A DNA stretch of 64,000 nucleotides from Promethearchaeota archaeon (GTDB lineage: Archaea > Asgardarchaeota > Lokiarchaeia > Sigyniarchaeales > SOKP01). Where the stretch lies: positions 53,037-117,036 of the forward strand of contig SHMW01000001.1 in assembly GCA_008080735.1 (NCBI GenBank), in the 5' to 3' direction. Position numbers and translations under genes: made by a program. Numbering within the stretch: the first letter of the stretch is position 1; every line of letters starts with the position of its first letter. The notes below the pieces were generated by a model, which was not told where the DNA came from, searched no databases, and was given only the letters and a program-made list of their open reading frames with translations. Positions 58,906-64,000 of this stretch are shown piece after piece.

Positions 58906-59733
58906 ATGATGGATATAAAACGAGTAATCTCAACTATAGAAAAAAGTTATATTAAAGAAAATCTCAAAAAAGACCAAAGAATTGATGGAAGGGGTCTCTG
59001 GGAATATAGAGATTTTGATATTGCAACAGACAAGATAGCCGCAGCCGAGGGTTCTTGCGATATCTCATTAGGCGATACTCGAATAATGGTCGGAGTGAAA
59101 TATGATATTGGTGAGCCCTATCCAGATATGCCTGATGAAGGTGTATGTACTGTGATGGCAGAACTTCTTCCTTTAGCATCTCCACTATTTGAAAGAGGTC
59201 CACCTGATGAAGAATCTATTGAATTAGCGCGCGTTGTTGATCGGGGAATACGCCATGCAGATTGTGTTCAGACAAAAAAGCTTTGTATTAAAGAGGGAAA
59301 AGCAGTTTATATTATTTTCGTGGATATGTATGTGATTAATCACGGAGGAAACATGATCGATTGCGGTGGTGTAGGTGCCTTAGCATCCCTAATATCTTCC
59401 CATATCCCAAAAGGAGAATGGACTGACGACAGACCTCAATGGAGCGGAGAATACTTCAAAGGAAGTGAAATCATAAAAGAATTGCCACTTCCAATTACAT
59501 TCGGAAAAATAGGCGATATTTTATTTGTTGATCCAAGCCTACCAGAGGAATTAGTTAGTGAAGGAAGGCTTACCATTTCCGTCACCAAGGACGAAATAAC
59601 AAGCATACAAAAAAGCGGCGCAGCAACTTTCACCTTTGAAGAAGTTAAGATGTTAGGTGATAAAGCATTCGAGATCGCTGGAAACCTTCGCAAAGACTTA
59701 GATTTATGGCAATACGAAACCAAAATCGAATAA
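58906..59733 (+). CDS. rrp42: Exosome subunit Rrp42
   Basis: RIDGR...EYR, AEGS, GVK, PYPD.P.EG, FE.GPP.E.SIELARVVDRGIR, DP...EE, IQKSG. Confidence 0.96.
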   Translation: MMDIKRVISTIEKSYIKENLKKDQRIDGRGLWEYRDFDIATDKIAAAEGSCDISLGDTRIMVGVKYDIGEPYPDMPDEGVCTVMAELLPLASPLFERGPPDEESIELARVVDRGIRHADCVQTKKLCIKEGKAVYIIFVDMYVINHGGNMIDCGGVGALASLISSHIPKGEWTDDRPQWSGEYFKGSEIIKELPLPITFGKIGDILFVDPSLPEELVSEGRLTISVTKDEITSIQKSGAATFTFEEVKMLGDKAFEIAGNLRKDLDLWQYETKIE

Positions 59734-59863
59734 TTTTTTTAATTTTTAATTTAATTTCTTGTTTTGAACATTTAAATTATTTTTTTATCTTTTCTCATTC
59801 TGAGTAATCTTAGTAAGAAAAAAATAAGTGAATTACATGATTTTTATCTGAGAAGATCCTAAA

Positions 59864-60826
59864 TTATTCTCGTCTTAATGTCTCAAAGGTACCATATCCG
59901 TCTTTTCTCTGACCCAACTCAAAATTTCCAAAGGATTGTACCAATATTGACTTCTGTCCGCTTTTATCTTCAAACGGAACGGGAATTATTTGACCTACTT
60001 TAGCTGTTAAATTATGCCTATCATCATTATTATCAATCAATTCCAATTTTGAACTAACTGGCATTAAACCATCTTCTCTAAATGTTTGGTCTAAGATTTT
60101 AATCGTTTTAAGTGGGATATTTTTTCCATTCTTGTATAGAAAACCTCCCGTTGATAATTTTCCATCATCTCCGATAATTGCTGCTGGATTGACAGCTAGA
60201 TTCTCATCGAACCAAACTACATAATATAACCAATTACCAACTCCAGTCCAATCACGGACACCGTAAGTATGATCACGCTGCCCGATAATATCATCAAATT
60301 TAAATTCTTCATTTCCGATTTTAAGTCTACCATTTATTTTAGCCATTTGCTCCCAATGCTTATCACCCGCTTTCTTTCCCAATTCTAATGATTCTTCGGT
60401 CATATGTTTACTATATTCATATACCTTATTAATCGGGTCGAAACTAATATCCAGTTCTACCTTACTGGTAGCTGATATAAGCTTTGGATTTTGGCGTACT
60501 TTAGGTAAATTTTCCGAATCTTCTACAAAAATTACATTTCCCTCAAATGTGTAATTCCATGTCCCATCTGAATTCCATCCGTGTGTCATCCCTCCTACCT
60601 TGAGTATATCATTAAACTCCTTCAACTTATTTTCTTGAAAATATCCACCTCCAGAACCATCGGGAAGAAATAGAAAGAAAAATGTCATTGCCTCTTTTTT
60701 ATTAGGTTTATAACCTAAGCGAGATACTGCACCAATCTCTTTTTTTCTATCATAAAATGCAAGATAATATGATTCATTCCATTCTGGATGATCCGTAAGC
60801 TCATTTGGATGAATTATTGGTTCCAT
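59864..60826 (-). CDS. Beta-rich lipocalin/tocopherol-cyclase(AttH)-like hypothetical protein
   Basis: WNESYY, HWEQ, G-x-RDHTYG-x-RDW motifs. Start probably MEPIIHP (60826) rather than 60883. Confidence 0.55.
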   Translation of the reverse strand: MEPIIHPNELTDHPEWNESYYLAFYDRKKEIGAVSRLGYKPNKKEAMTFFFLFLPDGSGGGYFQENKLKEFNDILKVGGMTHGWNSDGTWNYTFEGNVIFVEDSENLPKVRQNPKLISATSKVELDISFDPINKVYEYSKHMTEESLELGKKAGDKHWEQMAKINGRLKIGNEEFKFDDIIGQRDHTYGVRDWTGVGNWLYYVVWFDENLAVNPAAIIGDDGKLSTGGFLYKNGKNIPLKTIKILDQTFREDGLMPVSSKLELIDNNDDRHNLTAKVGQIIPVPFEDKSGQKSILVQSFGNFELGQRKDGYGTFETLRRE

Positions 60827-60978
60827 TATTCTTTTTCCTTTTAATATGAGAATTCTAATTAATTGATGATAATAATTGAACATATATTAATTGATATGAA
60901 TTTTGATGAATTTATAATGAAACAAGTATAAAAAGAGAGAGATGAATTCTATCAAAATATACAATAGGAAAATTATTT

Positions 60979-63699
60979 CTATTTAACACGCACTATACCA
61001 TTATAACCATTTAAAGTGACCATTTGCCCATTTTTGAAGTAATTACATGCATTTGAGATATTAGTCACAGCTGGGACTCCATATTCCCTTGAAACTACCG
61101 CCCCATGGGAAAGAACTCCTCCCGTCTCAGTGATGAGTCCGCCAATTTTTGAGAAAATTGGAGTCCAACCGGGGTCTGTGCGGGGAACTACGAGAATCTC
61201 TCCCGATTTAACCTTAGAAATATCTTCAATTGTCGTCAAAACTCTTATTTTTCCTCTGATCTCACCTTGGCTTGCGGGAATGCCTTTGAAAACATGACTA
61301 TCTTCCTCATATTCGAGCCTATCATTAAACTCCCTCTTGCCAGAAATGAATTTAGGAGGAACTTTATCCTCATATCTCTCAAAGATCCTTTTTCTCTCTG
61401 CTATTTTCACCTTTAATTGCTCTTTTACTTGTTTCCGAATTTCTCGATTAATTAAAAATCTAATTTCATTTCGATATAAAAAAAAGATATCTTGGATATT
61501 TATAATATATCCTTTTTCTTGGAGAAGTTTTGCAATTTCTAGATATAAATTACGGTTTAAGGTAATCCATTTATCTAAATTAAATCTCTGAGCTTCTCTG
61601 AATTTAATATATCTTTTACTGAATTTAAGGATCGTCGAAAAAAGTTTCCATTTTGTAAATCCTAAGAATTGTGAGCGAATTTTGCTTTCGATATATTTTT
61701 TGACCAAATTTCTATGATGTTTGTTTTTCTTTTGAATTTTGCTTATTTCTTCTTCATTTTCCAACACTAATGATTGTAATATTTCAACAACATATCTCGG
61801 CTCTTCTCGCCAGCGTGGATAATACGGTTCCCGAGTAAAACCCCGGTCCCCGTACTTTATTAGGAATTTTTTCAGATTCTCATGAAAGCTCTCAATCTCG
61901 GGATCTTGATAGGATAATAATTTCTCCATAAGATTTTTTGGATTACTTTCAATGAGTAATTGCGTCAGTTTTTTACTCTTTTGCGCTTGGGATGCTAAAT
62001 TATGGATCTTTTGATTTGTTTCGGTTAATTTATGATCTAAACCAGAGATAAGGATAGGATAATATTTCAAACATTCTTGTTTTCCAATAAATTTTGTGAG
62101 CAGATATTGCACTAACAAGTTCATGCCAATATTATGCACTGGAATCCCATATCTGACGAGACGGAAATGATCCCGCATTAGAATGTCTAATTCTTCTGCT
62201 AACTGGAATAAATTTTTGAGATTTTCCTTGTTCCTAAAATTTTCTAGTTTTTTATTAAAATCTTTATAGAAAGGATTAAATTTCTCTCGTGTCCATTGAT
62301 AATACACATCATCTGTCTTAGAAATAGAACCTTGTGGATCAAAAAGCATAATTCTAAGTTCTGCTACTATTCGGCTAATAATATGGAATGGAAGATCCTT
62401 AATTGTTTCTTTCCCATATGGACCAGAGCCATTGGGGAAATAATTTAATAAATCCTCGTTTCTCATAAATGGTGGAATTTCATTTTCCACTTTTCTTTTG
62501 AGTACATCCAAGTTAAAATAAACGTGTCCATTATATAACTTCAGCAGTTTAGACTGCATTTTTTTATATCCCATTATGTTGTTTAGTTCTACATTCACAA
62601 CGTCAGTCAATTGATCTCCTAAAAGATTAAAAAACAAGGGTGTACAATTATCGTTCCAATAGTCGTCCGAATATCCCCGAGAGTAGATTATATCTTTAGA
62701 TACTTGTTTCTCTATGAATGCCGTAATTGGTCGCGTTTGTAGAATAGAGATTTCTTTATTTTCATCAATTGCCCATTCAATATCTTGAGGTTTTTGATAT
62801 AAATTTTCTATTTCCAAACCTAGTTTAGAAAGTTCTAATATTTCTTGGTCTGATAACGATATCCGTAAGCTTTCATCTTTTAATGAAGAGATAGTTTTAA
62901 TTCCTCTTTTTTGCTCTATATGGTCAGGAAATACAATATATTCCTTTTTTCCGATCTTTTTATCAATTATTTTAAAGTTATATTGGTTATCATCACATTT
63001 CTTATCAATAATGAATTGATCAGGAGAGCAGAGACCAGACATTACTGATTCTCCGAGCCCAAAATTAGATTCTATGAGCATTTCTGATTTTTTGGAGTTT
63101 GTGGGATTGACTGTGAAAAGAACACCCGCACATTTGGCTGGAACCATCTTTTGGACTATCACAGCGATTTTCATATTTTCATGTGGGATATTATTTTTTA
63201 TCCTATAACTGAGTGCTCTACTTGACCATAATGAGGAATAGCATTTTTTCACATGTCCTATAACATCATCAGAAGTCTTCAGATTAAGATAAGATTCATA
63301 TTGCCCGGCAAAAGACGCGTTGTCAGAGTCTTCCGAAATTGCCGAAGATCGGACTACAAAATTCTCACATGAAATATCCTTGCATCCTTGTTTTATTGTC
63401 TTTTTAAGATTCTCGGGAAATATTCCTTGTAGAATAATATCTTGGATTTCCTTAGCTGTTTCCTCGATCTTCTCAATGTTAGAAGATCCCACTTCTTGTA
63501 ACAATGAATTGATTCCTTTATAAAGATTATTCTCATGAATGAAAGAGGAATATGCATCGGTAGTAAGGACGAATCCCTCCGGAACATTAAAATTATTCTG
63601 AATCAGATTTCCTAAATTAGAAGCTTTCCCTCCTATTTTTTCTTTATAATATGTATTAATATCTTCTAATCTAATGGTTAATGGTTCGGAAATGACCAC
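60979..63699 (-). CDS. PEP-utilising phosphotransferase, rifampin-phosphotransferase/PigC-like architecture
   Basis: ATP-grasp (GGKA.NL, VRSSA..ED...SFAGQYES, QDIEWA, LQTRPIT), central substrate domain, C-terminal His-swivel (TDPGWT, GGVLSHGAVVSREYGVPAV). Confidence 0.85.
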   Translation of the reverse strand: MVISEPLTIRLEDINTYYKEKIGGKASNLGNLIQNNFNVPEGFVLTTDAYSSFIHENNLYKGINSLLQEVGSSNIEKIEETAKEIQDIILQGIFPENLKKTIKQGCKDISCENFVVRSSAISEDSDNASFAGQYESYLNLKTSDDVIGHVKKCYSSLWSSRALSYRIKNNIPHENMKIAVIVQKMVPAKCAGVLFTVNPTNSKKSEMLIESNFGLGESVMSGLCSPDQFIIDKKCDDNQYNFKIIDKKIGKKEYIVFPDHIEQKRGIKTISSLKDESLRISLSDQEILELSKLGLEIENLYQKPQDIEWAIDENKEISILQTRPITAFIEKQVSKDIIYSRGYSDDYWNDNCTPLFFNLLGDQLTDVVNVELNNIMGYKKMQSKLLKLYNGHVYFNLDVLKRKVENEIPPFMRNEDLLNYFPNGSGPYGKETIKDLPFHIISRIVAELRIMLFDPQGSISKTDDVYYQWTREKFNPFYKDFNKKLENFRNKENLKNLFQLAEELDILMRDHFRLVRYGIPVHNIGMNLLVQYLLTKFIGKQECLKYYPILISGLDHKLTETNQKIHNLASQAQKSKKLTQLLIESNPKNLMEKLLSYQDPEIESFHENLKKFLIKYGDRGFTREPYYPRWREEPRYVVEILQSLVLENEEEISKIQKKNKHHRNLVKKYIESKIRSQFLGFTKWKLFSTILKFSKRYIKFREAQRFNLDKWITLNRNLYLEIAKLLQEKGYIINIQDIFFLYRNEIRFLINREIRKQVKEQLKVKIAERKRIFERYEDKVPPKFISGKREFNDRLEYEEDSHVFKGIPASQGEIRGKIRVLTTIEDISKVKSGEILVVPRTDPGWTPIFSKIGGLITETGGVLSHGAVVSREYGVPAVTNISNACNYFKNGQMVTLNGYNGIVRVK

Positions 63700-64000
63700 C
63701 TTTAAACACCTACTAGCAAAATTTAGATAAAATTATTGGAATAAACATATATTAAACTAATTTATAGTAGCTTTTCATTTAAGCTTTCTAATATCATTTC
63801 CTAATATTAAAAATTGTTTACATTTCCTATGATTATAAATAGGAATATTGTAAAACGAATTATTATCAATCAAAATAGCTTCTTCTTGATCCTTGAGGAA
63901 GGAATTTTCCTTTTATAAAAACTTCTGAAAATAAGAAAATAATGGATTTAGCGCCTTATATAGCTAAAATTTTTATTTTATTATACTTTATAAAATATAA

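Noticed and set aside
1662-63587. Numerous 60-130 aa ORFs antisense to or nested within well-supported genes (e.g. 5954-6358, 27679-28059, 44465-44848, 58379-58720)
   Set aside because: They overlap conserved genes on the opposite strand or frame and have no motifs; treated as shadow ORFs.
60979-63699. Calling it ppsA or a bona fide rifampin resistance gene
   Set aside because: The domain order differs from PEP synthase, and the substrate cannot be inferred from sequence alone.

Overview
AT-rich archaeal chromosomal window, most consistent with an Asgard archaeon of the Lokiarchaeia type. It carries archaeal core genes (RtcB, pelota, Elf1, archaeal MAT, fibrillarin/Nop5, Elp3, GatDE, uL2, TFB, proteasome alpha-SBDS-exosome) together with eukaryote-like proteins (profilin, longin-like domains, a BAR-like protein, AN1-finger membrane proteases, JAMM). 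It also holds four tRNA genes (three with bulge-helix-bulge introns, two of them at non-canonical positions) and a decayed IS200/IS605 TnpB element. Strongest observation: the RNase HII gene is interrupted inside its catalytic DEAGRGP motif by a 30-nt insertion (31797-31826) with in-frame TAA TAG. The insertion folds with the flanking exons into a tRNA-type bulge-helix-loop splice motif, and its removal exactly restores the Arg codon, making it a candidate endonuclease/RtcB-spliced mRNA intron outside cbf5. Other leads: an 8-gene operon (11.8-20.7 kb) with an apparently ATPase-dead SMC-like protein, a MAGE/Nse-type kite-like protein, an AAA ATPase and a tandem Zn-ribbon/PC4-like protein; a BAR-like plus polyproline/VASP-like gene pair with a nearby unannotated WH2-like micro-ORF; and tandem RHH-HisKA-receiver regulators lacking a kinase ATPase domain. 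All calls come from reading motifs by eye; no database searches were run.
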